Below, one piece after another: positions 11,381-20,799 of a stretch of DNA of 64,000 nt. The position numbers were made by a program, and so were the translations under genes. Under the pieces are notes generated by a model that worked only from the letters and a program-made list of their open reading frames with translations, had not been told where the DNA came from and did not search any database. The stretch lies in NCBI GenBank assembly GCA_020184695.1, contig JAANOX010000084.1, positions 1 to 64,000 of the forward strand. The letters run 5' to 3'. Each line of letters starts with the position of its first letter. Within the stretch, counting starts at the first letter, position 1. Origin of the DNA: Histomonas meleagridis 2922-C6/04-290x (taxonomy: Eukaryota > Protista > Parabasalia).

Positions 11381-12612
11381 CTTTTTATTTCTAATTGAAA
11401 GAAGAAGTTTTATCAAGCTAAAAAACTAAACTGATATTTATGAGTACTTTTTTCAAAAACATATTCATTCAATTATAAAGGTTTTGTTTAAACATGTCCA
11501 AAGAAATTTATATATTATGTGAACAAATAAATTGAAATTCGTTTGGTACAATCAAAATATTATTTTTTTTTAAATGGATTTTGTAAAATAGCATTCTGTA
11601 ATTTTATGCATTTTTATAAATATAAATAATTTATTATATTAAGATGATTTCACATTAATAATGTAAAGATCTATATAATTATATATCAAATAATTTTAAT
11701 CTTGTAATTTTTATAAAAAAAGATTAAGATATTTTATAACTCAAGTACAATGTTGAAATATTATTTTATAATTTAATTATTAAATATGGAAGTGGAATTA
11801 ATTTAAGTGAGTGTATGTAAACGATATAATAATTTTTATAGTAATTTTTATTATTTTAAATAACAAATGATATATTGATCAATTTTTTTTAAATTAAATT
11901 TAAAAAAACATATCATATGATAAACAATCACAATTTATTCTAGATACCGCTAATAAGTGATATAAAAAATTGTACTCAAAAAATTGTTATTTTATTTTAA
12001 AAAATTTTTTCCCATTTTAAATCATATTAAAAAAATCCATCAATTCATCTCATTACGCCGCAGATAGTTGAAGTTAAAACAATCAAGCAAAAACAATAGC
12101 AGATTTTTGAAGACTTCACATCAAACATCATAATGATTCATTTTATGATAATTTCCATGATGTGATATGAAAAAATAGATAAAGTTCTTCATTATGAATC
12201 ATATTTTGCAAACATATCACCTCAAAAACGATGTCATTGACAACGTTGTCGTGGTCGAACACAACCTTCAAATTGAGAACTACCAGATTTTTATGACAAT
12301 GGATGAAGTTTTTGAATAAAAATCAATCGGTTACATTTTACACAAAACCTTTCTTTCAAAAAGTTATTTTACAACAAATCGACCATAAATTTACAGTTCG
12401 ACCGTTTTTTTGACTTTGCGTTTACGACACAACATTCCATACGACGATACAACATTATGTACAACGATACAATCCTCTGTATAAAAATACGTTACCAAAC
12501 CTCACATCTTATTCCGACGATTTATAACCAAATTTTGTTGTTTGTCCATAAATAAAACGAGGAAAAGTATTTAAATTCAGTGTTTTATAACACAATAAAA
12601 ATACAATTTGCA

Positions 12613-15204
12613 TCAAAATTCAAAAGTTAAAGTACAGTTTTCCTTCATCTCCAAAATTACGTCTATCACTAACACTCCATTTACATCTTCAAATTGGATT
12701 TCTGTTTCTTCTTTTGAACATTTTATATTTTTCGGCATATTATCAATTCCCACAATTTTCACTTTTTCAATTTTCGTCACAAAATTTCTGAAGAACTCAG
12801 AATTCCTGTTGCACTTTTCGTCAACTTCAAACTTTAACGAATTCCTTTCAAATTCCATTTTCAACAAAACAAATTCGTTATTCTTCTCAAAGTTAAACGT
12901 GTGCCCATCGTCTACGTAAATTTCTCCGATAGCCTCATAATTAACGTCCAACGCAACGATAACTTCGAAAGGATCGTTCATCATTTCAAACGTATTCTTT
13001 CTGACGGCACTTTTCAAACCGAAAATGTGGCCGCCCCAAATGAAAACCGGTGTATACAATTCAATGTTCTTATCGTAGCCAAAGTGATTCAAAGGTTTAT
13101 ATTCTGTCAATGCTCTCAATTCATACCATCGATGGCCCAAAGGCAAACTTACGGGAATGTTGTTGACGTTTTCCTTTGTAATTGGTATCACCATTAAAGT
13201 TTCGTCAATCATAAATTGATTATCGATTTCGTTAACATCATTAAAACTATACCATAATGGTGTAATGATCGGTGATCCTTTAACATATGAATGATACGCT
13301 GCTGTGTACCATAGATACATTAATTGATATCGTTCTTCAATTGCAATTTTAATTGCTTCGAACCATTTGTCATCTGTTACATTATATGGCTCACGTCTTT
13401 CACTTAAGTGATGACAATGGCATCGGAAGAATGGATAACAATATGCTCCAAGTTGATACCAACGTGCTAACAACTCATTATTGGGCGAATCGAAAAATCC
13501 TCCAACATCACAGCCGCATAATGAATATCCGCAAATGTTCAAACTGATTACTTGGGAAATGCTGTTTTCTAAATGTTCCCAATTCGAAGTATTATCACCA
13601 GTCCATACAAACGAATACTTTTGTGTTCCAGAAAAATAACTGCGAGTCAGAATAAACGGTCGCTCATTTTGGTCATTGTTTCGTCGAAGTAATCCGTCAT
13701 ACGTAGATAGTACCATAAAATGCCCGTAGAGGTTATGCACTTCACGATCTTCATGACCATTGTAATGAAGCGTATCACGTGGAATGGTTGAATCAGGCGA
13801 ATTAAATACTGCTGGCTCATTCATGTCATTCCATATAAAGATATTCTCAGAAGAACCTTTGTATTTTTGATACTTGAATTGCTCTGACCACCATTCACGT
13901 GCTAATGGATTTAGAAAATCGACCCATACACTTTTACCAGGCCAACAATCACTGACATAGTCTTTGTTATCTCTGTTCTTAAGTAACAGGTCATTGTTTT
14001 TGGCTTCGGAATAGATTCGATATCTTTCATCAATTTTTAAATGTGGATCAACAAGTGTAATAAGATAACGATGACTTTGTGAAAACTCTTTTGCAAGTTT
14101 ATCTATGTCATTAAAACCATTTGGATCAAATGTAAAAAATTTTTTGTCATCAGTATGATCCAAATCTAACCAAATCGATTCATGTGGAATCATAGCTTTA
14201 TCAAGAGATTTGGTGACAGCACGTACTTCATTTGATGTTGAATATGTCCAACGTGATTGATGATAACCTAATGAAAATAATTGTGGCATCGGAAGTTTAC
14301 CAGTAATAGAAGCATACGAACTAATAACTTCTTTATGTGTACCTGTAAAAACAAAAAAATCGATAAAGCCTGATTCTGATATAAATCGACTTGAATGATC
14401 TTCAGAATCAATGTCTACCCAAGTTTCTGATGGATTGCACCAAAACAAACCAGTGCTAAGTTGCGCTATATGTCCAATAAGAAACGGAATTGAGCCGTAC
14501 ATCGACATAACAGAGTCAACATCAAAGCGGTTTATGTCGGTATTGAAAAAGCGGATCGGATCGGTAACCGCTTTACCGTTTTTAACGGTTGACGGAATGG
14601 CGAGTGAAAGTGTATGTGTTGCAAGACCTGAAAAACAAACATTTTCGTGAAATTTAAATGACATGGCAACAGAAGTTGGTCCATTTTTGAGTGTTTCGGT
14701 GTAATTCTGAAATTCAACAGGGTTAAATAAATCTGGAAATTCTTTTGGACTAACATTCGTCTCAAAGATTGATTTGTCATCATAACTGGCTGTAAGCTTG
14801 AGAGTGTTGTGATCATATATTAAAATAGAGAATGGATCAAATTGTATTTCAACTTTTGTATGAGAATTAATTAAAGTAATATGTGTTTCACTTTTGCGTC
14901 CTTCGATTTCAAGGTGATCTCTTAGGATATCTTGATCAATTATTGTTGGTTCAGATGAACAATCATATCTTTGGAATGATTCAGAAGGTGGAATCACTTT
15001 AAAATGAACAAAACCTGGGTGAAAAGTTACAAGCAGCATTAGCCTATTCTTAAATCGAGTATTTACAATTGGTATTGTGAAAATGTTATTTTCGATTTTG
15101 GATTCCAATGATATTGCTGACCATTTTTGTTCTTCAACGAACCTATTTCTTCCGCAGGATAAGGAATCCTTACATTTACGATATGTTATATGATTAGCAG
15201 TCAT
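12613..15204 (-). CDS. Glycoside hydrolase family 31, glucosidase II alpha subunit-like
   Basis: LGYHQSRW, IWLDLDH, WNDMNEPAVF (catalytic nucleophile), HREVHNLYG, RPFILTRS and WTGDN (acid/base) motifs. The exact start is uncertain; the first in-frame ATG is 15204. Confidence 0.93.
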   Translation of the reverse strand: MTANHITYRKCKDSLSCGRNRFVEEQKWSAISLESKIENNIFTIPIVNTRFKNRLMLLVTFHPGFVHFKVIPPSESFQRYDCSSEPTIIDQDILRDHLEIEGRKSETHITLINSHTKVEIQFDPFSILIYDHNTLKLTASYDDKSIFETNVSPKEFPDLFNPVEFQNYTETLKNGPTSVAMSFKFHENVCFSGLATHTLSLAIPSTVKNGKAVTDPIRFFNTDINRFDVDSVMSMYGSIPFLIGHIAQLSTGLFWCNPSETWVDIDSEDHSSRFISESGFIDFFVFTGTHKEVISSYASITGKLPMPQLFSLGYHQSRWTYSTSNEVRAVTKSLDKAMIPHESIWLDLDHTDDKKFFTFDPNGFNDIDKLAKEFSQSHRYLITLVDPHLKIDERYRIYSEAKNNDLLLKNRDNKDYVSDCWPGKSVWVDFLNPLAREWWSEQFKYQKYKGSSENIFIWNDMNEPAVFNSPDSTIPRDTLHYNGHEDREVHNLYGHFMVLSTYDGLLRRNNDQNERPFILTRSYFSGTQKYSFVWTGDNTSNWEHLENSISQVISLNICGYSLCGCDVGGFFDSPNNELLARWYQLGAYCYPFFRCHCHHLSERREPYNVTDDKWFEAIKIAIEERYQLMYLWYTAAYHSYVKGSPIITPLWYSFNDVNEIDNQFMIDETLMVIPITKENVNNIPVSLPLGHRWYELRALTEYKPLNHFGYDKNIELYTPVFIWGGHIFGLKSAVRKNTFEMMNDPFEVIVALDVNYEAIGEIYVDDGHTFNFEKNNEFVLLKMEFERNSLKFEVDEKCNRNSEFFRNFVTKIEKVKIVGIDNMPKNIKCSKEETEIQFEDVNGVLVIDVILEMKENCTLTFEF

Positions 15205-15676
15205 CTGAAAGACTCTTTTTTGGATGAGAAAAAATTTTACATATGAACGATACAATTACCTATCGTAATATTCACTTTGGCGTAAATTATTGAAATAACC
15301 GCGACAAAAGTGGCTTTAAGGATTTGTTATTTTTAAGCCACTGATTTTGTGTCAGATATGACTTCTATAAATCGTTGTTATTTTTTAATTCTTTCACATT
15401 TTGTTCACAAAATGAAGACAACATTTTATATTTAAGTTACCTAGAAGTAATTCAGACTAAAGAAATAAACAAAAGTGATTTTAAAATCACAAATATTTAT
15501 AGTGATATATAAAACTACCGTATTTTATAATTTACTGCTATATGAGGTTTAAGCAAAAGCAAATTTAAAACAAGTCGTTGTGATTTGTCACTCGATCAAA
15601 ACCATACTTTAAGGTAAAGTTTACAATCAAAACTTTTTGAGCGCAATTGAAATAATTGAATGATTACTCATTCACA

Positions 15677-17672
15677 ATGGAAAAGCAAGAAATGAAGGAG
15701 TGGGAAATATATCAATTAATCAATAGAATTATTTATGATTTAAATGAAGAAAATATTTCTCAATCAGTGCAAAGAATGTTTGATATATTTGATGATAATT
15801 ATCCATATTCTTTTAATATAGTGACAAGTCATGGAATATATACATCATTTGTAGCACAAATAGTTAATTCTAATATAATATTTGATTTTCTTAATGAGCT
15901 TGAAAAAATGTTAAATGAAAACAATAAAATGTTTGATGTTCTATATCATTTTCTTGCAAAAAAATACACAAATGAAGCAAGATATCTCATTAACGAAATT
16001 CTTGAGAATGAATATTTTAAGCCAAAATTTTTCATTTTATTTACTCCTTATTTTGCTCATTATAATTTAAATAAAAATTTATTATATAATCATTATAAAA
16101 ATGATGAACAGTTTAAATATTTTTTCGAAAATTATGAAGTGTTATCAAAGAATGATTGGGAACTTCATAAAAAATTAATTAAAGAAGGACATAATCCGAA
16201 TGAAATTACAAAAATAATTCGAAATGATGAAATCGAAAAACTTCAAGAAATATCATCACAAACAAATTTTGATTATAATCAAACAATAGAACCATCACTT
16301 TATGAAAGATGTTCATTTATTAATAAAAGAGATGTTTCATTAATTGATTATGCAGCATTTTTTGGATCAATTCAATGTTTTAAATATTTACTTATGAATG
16401 GTTCTAAATTAGAAAACACAGGTAAATATGCTGTTGCAAATGGAAATGAAGAAATCATTCATTTATGTGAACAAAATCATTCAACGTTTAAAGATGCTTA
16501 TAAAGCAGCAATTAAATTCCATAAAAATAATATCTCTAAATATCTTTATGATAATCGAAATGAAGATATTAACAATTTAGAAGAGTTAGGAAAGAAATGT
16601 GTTTCATATAATAATTTGGATGTGTTTCTGATATTACACAAAGAAGGAATGAAAATTAATAATGATATTATTAATGAATTCGCAAGAGTCGGAAATATAT
16701 TCCTTATAAAACATTTTCTTCGAGAAAATGAAATTCCAAAAGATATTTTGGTTTTTTCATCAGCATCAGGAAATATTGAACTTGTGAAACATATTTTAAA
16801 ACAAGAAGGAATTGATATTAATGCTAAAAATATTTATTTGTTTTATTTAAAATTTATTTTAATAATTTAGAATTTCAAGATAATATTTGGAAATTATTTA
16901 AAATATTTAATACAGCACTTATGTTTGCATCATTATATGGTAATATAGAAATAGTTAATTTACTTCTTGAACAAGAAGGAATTGATATTAATGCTAAAAA
17001 CACTTATTTGTTTTATTTAATATTTGTTTTAATAAATTTATATTTAAAAATAATATTTGGAAATTATTTAAAATATTTTATACAGCACTTGTATTAGCAG
17101 CTGAAAGTGGTAACATAGAAATCGTTAAATTACTTCTTGAACATGAAGGAATTGATATTAATGCTAAAGGTATTTATTTGTTTTTGTTAAAATTTATTTT
17201 AATAATTTGATGTTTCAAGATAATATTTGGAAATTATTTAAAATATTTAATACAGCACTTATTGTTGCATCTTATAATGGTAATATAGAAATAGTTAAAT
17301 TACTTATTGCACAAAAAGGAATTGATATTAATGCTAAAAATATTTATTTGTTTTATTTAATATCTATTTTAATAATTTTGGATTTCAAAATAATATTTGG
17401 AAATTATTTAAAGTATTTCGTACAGCACTTATGTTTGCATCTTATGTAGGTCATACAGAAATAGTTAAATTACTTCTTAACCAAGAAGGAATTGATATTA
17501 ATGCTAAAAGTATTTATTTGTTATATTTAAAATTTATTTTAATAATTTAATATTTCAAAATAATATTTGGAAATAATTTAAATTATTTGAAACAGCACTT
17601 AATTTAGCATCTAGAGAAGGTCATACAAAAATAGTTAAAATACTCCTTGAACAAGAAGGAATTGATATTTAG
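15677..17672 (+). CDS. DUF3447-ankyrin family gene copy 2, apparently intact apart from five 83-nt spacers. Coding blocks: 15677-16828, 16912-16998, 17082-17168, 17252-17338, 17422-17508, 17592-17672
   Basis: ATG at 15677 follows TCATTC, and the DUF3447-like region is uninterrupted. Each later block reads TAL-x-x-A-x-x-x-G-x-x-E/K-IV-x-LL-x-x-x-GIDINAK with no stop. The last block ends in TAG at 17670-17672. Confidence 0.75.
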
Positions 17673-18289
17673 TAATATAATAATATCATTTAGAAAACAC
17701 TTGGTTTAAAAAATGAACATCATATCTAAAATCAAATTATTTCTTATAATTTATATAATTTTGATTTAAAATTACTATATTAACTTTTCTTACATTTACT
17801 ACATGAAGGAATGGTGAACATTCTCAAAAAAAAAATAAATGTTAGTGAAAATGTTTCTGCACTTTTGATGACGATCATACTCGATTCAAAAAGCGGGAAT
17901 TGACAAAATATTTAAACTATCTGGTAGCCGTTAAAATCAATTTAAACGACCGTTAAATCACCCCCATGTTATATACATTAATTCTTTTTAATCAGAAATT
18001 TGGCTTTTCCAAATATAATAAAAGGTTTTCAATCAAAATATTGCGCATACTATAAAATTAAATCTAAATTTATTTAAATTTAATTTTTACATATTTCCCA
18101 ATATTATATTAAAAATACCAAATAACTTTTAAAAGCAATTGCTTGATCCGGATCATTATAAAAAATATATTAAAAATGAGTTAATCCAGATAAATGATTG
18201 AAATAGGTTTAATTGATGTGAAAAATTTTAGTGAAGTCCCAGAACATTTTAAAAAGCTTTTAAATGATGGAACTGCGTTTCTTAAGGAG

Positions 18290-18520
18290 TTAACTCTGAA
18301 GAAAGAAGTAATCCTAATAAAAATAATTTAAAGTGATGAAATCTAGAAGCTTCAATAAATATCATCATAAATAAATTTTAATTTAAATCAAGCAATTAAA
18401 CTATTCCTTTATGAAAGTTGTTCATTTATTAAATATTGTGTTTAATTAATTGATTATTCAACATTTTCTATATTTATTAAATATTTACTTAAGAATGAAT
18501 CAAATATAAATTAAATTATA
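18290..18520 (+). pseudogene. Heavily decayed DUF3447 remnant (copy 3)
   Basis: Nucleotide similarity to copy 2 (gatgaaatc..gaagcttcaa..aatatcatca; tatgaaagttgttcatttatt; ttaattgattat) with many stops. Confidence 0.55.
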
Positions 18521-18627
18521 AAATTCAGTAACATGTGGAAATCTTTAAATTATTTATTTATCTGAATAATATATTTATTAATATACAATTTCTAAAATCA
18601 AAAATATAGAAGAATTCGAAAAAACAA

Positions 18628-19107
18628 TTCATTAAGAAAACAAATTATTACAAACACTTCATTAAGAAAACAAATTATTACAAACAATTCATTAAGAAAA
18701 CAAATTATTACAAACAATTCATTAAGAAAACAAATTATTACAAACAATTCATTAAGAAAACAAATTATTACAAACACTTCATTAAGAAAACAAATTACTA
18801 CAAACACTTCATTATGAAAACAAATTACTACAAACACTTCATTAAGAAAACAAATTACTACAAACACTTCATTATGAAAACAAATTACTACAAACACTTC
18901 ATTAAGAAAACAAATTACTACAAACACTTCATTATGAAAACAAATTACTACAAACACTTCATTAAGAAAACAAATTATTACAAACACTTCATTATGAAAA
19001 CAAATTATTACAAACACTTCATTATGAAAACAAATTATTACAAACACTTCATTATGAAAACAAATTACGACAAACACTTCATTAAGAAAACAAATTATTA
19101 CAAACTC
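18628..19107. repeat. Minisatellite: 16 tandem copies of a 30-bp unit TTCATTA(A/T)GAAAACAAATTA(T/C)TACAAACA(C/A)
   Basis: Exact 30-bp period read directly from the sequence, with variation confined to a few positions. Confidence 0.97.
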
Positions 19108-19136
19108 AATGAAAACTCAGTGAATGTGGCTTTTAT

Positions 19137-20318
19137 TTAGATCCTTGCGACTCCAGACTTGCGTGCTGCTTCAGCGACTGCTTTGCTGACAGCGTCTTTA
19201 ACGCGTGGGTCGAAGGGCTTAGGTAAGATGTAATCCTTATTAAGTTCTTCTGGGGAAACAAGGTCAGCGATAGCGTTTGCAGCAGCGATGTTCATTTCGT
19301 CATTGATATCCTTCGCACGGACATCGAGTGCGCCACGGAATATTGCTGGGAATGCAAGAACGTTGTTGATTTGGTTGGGGAAATCAGAGCGGCCTGTGCC
19401 AACAACAGCAGCGCCGGCCTCAAGTGCTTCGTTTGGCATGATTTCTGGTGTTGGGTTGGCCATTGGGAAGAGAACTGCATTTGGTGCCATCGATTTAACC
19501 ATTTCCTTAGTGACTGTCTTCGGTGCAGATACACCAATGAAGACATCAGCGCCCTTAAGGACATCGGCAAGTGAACCAGAAAGCTTCTCGGAGTTTGTGA
19601 TCTTGGCGATTTCTTCCTTCTCTGGATTAAGACCTTCACGTCCTTCATAGATGGCGCCCATACGATCGGTCATGATGACATTCTTTGGGTTAAGACCACG
19701 AGCAATCAAAAGTTTGATGATAGCAATGCCTGCTGCACCAGCTCCTGATGTGACAACTTTGATGTCTTCGATCTTCTTGCCAACAATACGAAGGGCATTT
19801 GTAAGGGCAGCAAGTGTAACAACAGCTGTGCCATGTTGGTCATCATGATAGATTGGAATATCGCATGTTTGCTTAAGACGGCGTTCGATTTCGAAGCAAC
19901 GTGGAGCACTGATATCTTCGAGGTTGATACCACCGAAGGAACCAGCAATTAATTCAACGGTGTGGCAAATATCTTCGACATTCTTTGATCGGATGCAAAG
20001 TGGAATAGCATCAACATCGCCAAAAGACTTAAAGAGAACGCATTTACCTTCCATGACTGGCATACCAGCTTCTGGTCCGATATCACCTAAACCAAGAACA
20101 GCTGTACCATCTGTAACAACAGCTACTGTGTTCCACCTTCTTGTAAGTTCATATGAAAGGTCGACGTTCTTTTGAATTTCGAGACATGGTTGTGCGACAC
20201 CTGGGGTATAAGCAAGAGACAATTCTTCTTTGTTAGTAACTGGTGCACGGCACTTAACTTCGAGTTTACCTTTAAGTTGTTGGTGAAGCTTTAATGATTC
20301 TTGAGCGTAGTTTGTCAT
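19137..20318 (-). CDS. Bacterial-type NAD(P)-dependent malic enzyme (short form, 393 aa)
   Basis: LSLAYTPGVA, VTDGTAVLGLGDIG, MEGK, GINLEDI, HDDQHGTA, GAGAAG, FIGVS, ANPTPEI, TGRSDFPNQINNVLAFP. Start moved to ATG 20318, directly after TCACTTCACTTT (Inr). Confidence 0.95.
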   Translation of the reverse strand: MTNYAQESLKLHQQLKGKLEVKCRAPVTNKEELSLAYTPGVAQPCLEIQKNVDLSYELTRRWNTVAVVTDGTAVLGLGDIGPEAGMPVMEGKCVLFKSFGDVDAIPLCIRSKNVEDICHTVELIAGSFGGINLEDISAPRCFEIERRLKQTCDIPIYHDDQHGTAVVTLAALTNALRIVGKKIEDIKVVTSGAGAAGIAIIKLLIARGLNPKNVIMTDRMGAIYEGREGLNPEKEEIAKITNSEKLSGSLADVLKGADVFIGVSAPKTVTKEMVKSMAPNAVLFPMANPTPEIMPNEALEAGAAVVGTGRSDFPNQINNVLAFPAIFRGALDVRAKDINDEMNIAAANAIADLVSPEELNKDYILPKPFDPRVKDAVSKAVAEAARKSGVARI

Positions 20319-20486
20319 AAAAGCAAAGTGAAGTGAACAATTTCCGATAAAATTTGACAAGGCGAAAACGGTTTATGAATGTCAATCGTTCTTAACGTTC
20401 GCTATCACCTGGCACTTTTATTGTGATGTGTTTACAATTTCAATGAGCTGTTATATGAACGATCAAAAGCAGTTCAATAATTTTGG

Positions 20487-20524
20487 GCGGTTTTACAGGG
20501 TTACCTGAATTCCGGTAAAACCGC
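20487..20524. promoter_or_regulatory. Inverted pair of M3-like (Myb-type) core promoter motifs upstream of the malic enzyme gene
   Basis: GCGGTTTTAC (20487-20496) and GTAAAACCGC (20515-20524) form a perfect 10-bp inverted repeat. Each half fits the Trichomonas M3 consensus [AGT][AG]C[GC]GTT[TAG]. Confidence 0.45.
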
Positions 20525-20799
20525 TGATGTTTTTTCAATTCAAAAAGTGAGTAGTAAAATGAAAATATCTCATTAAATAATCGTTAATATCATGCGATTT
20601 GCTTTTTGTATGCAAAACCCATATCAATGTATCTTATATATAAAAAATATTTTTTGATTTTAATAAAGTTTATCCCATTTCATTCAGAAGGAGTTAATGT
20701 TTAATGTAAGTATAGTCATAATTTAAAATTATTGATCACTATTCATCAATATTTATCATGTTATATTAGAAGCCAGTGATACTAGTTTTACACCTCAAA

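Noticed and set aside
12420-12482. Short degenerate ACGATACAAC-like repeats
   Set aside because: Only three or four imperfect copies with no consistent period.
16829-17591. Ankyrin spacers as ordinary GT-AG or AT-AC spliceosomal introns
   Set aside because: No shared donor or acceptor. Ending at the ACAG of Thr-Ala would delete the conserved TAL and fails for ACAC, ACAT, ACTG and ACGC junctions. An AT...AC reading from after the first codon is out of frame. There is no ACTAAC branch site.
18628-19107. CRISPR array
   Set aside because: Units are contiguous with no unique spacers, there are no cas genes, and the context is eukaryotic.
18598-19140. ORFs 18598-19077 (-) and 18814-19140 (+) as real genes
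   Set aside because: They are translations of a 30-bp repeat that happens to be stop-free in one frame per strand.
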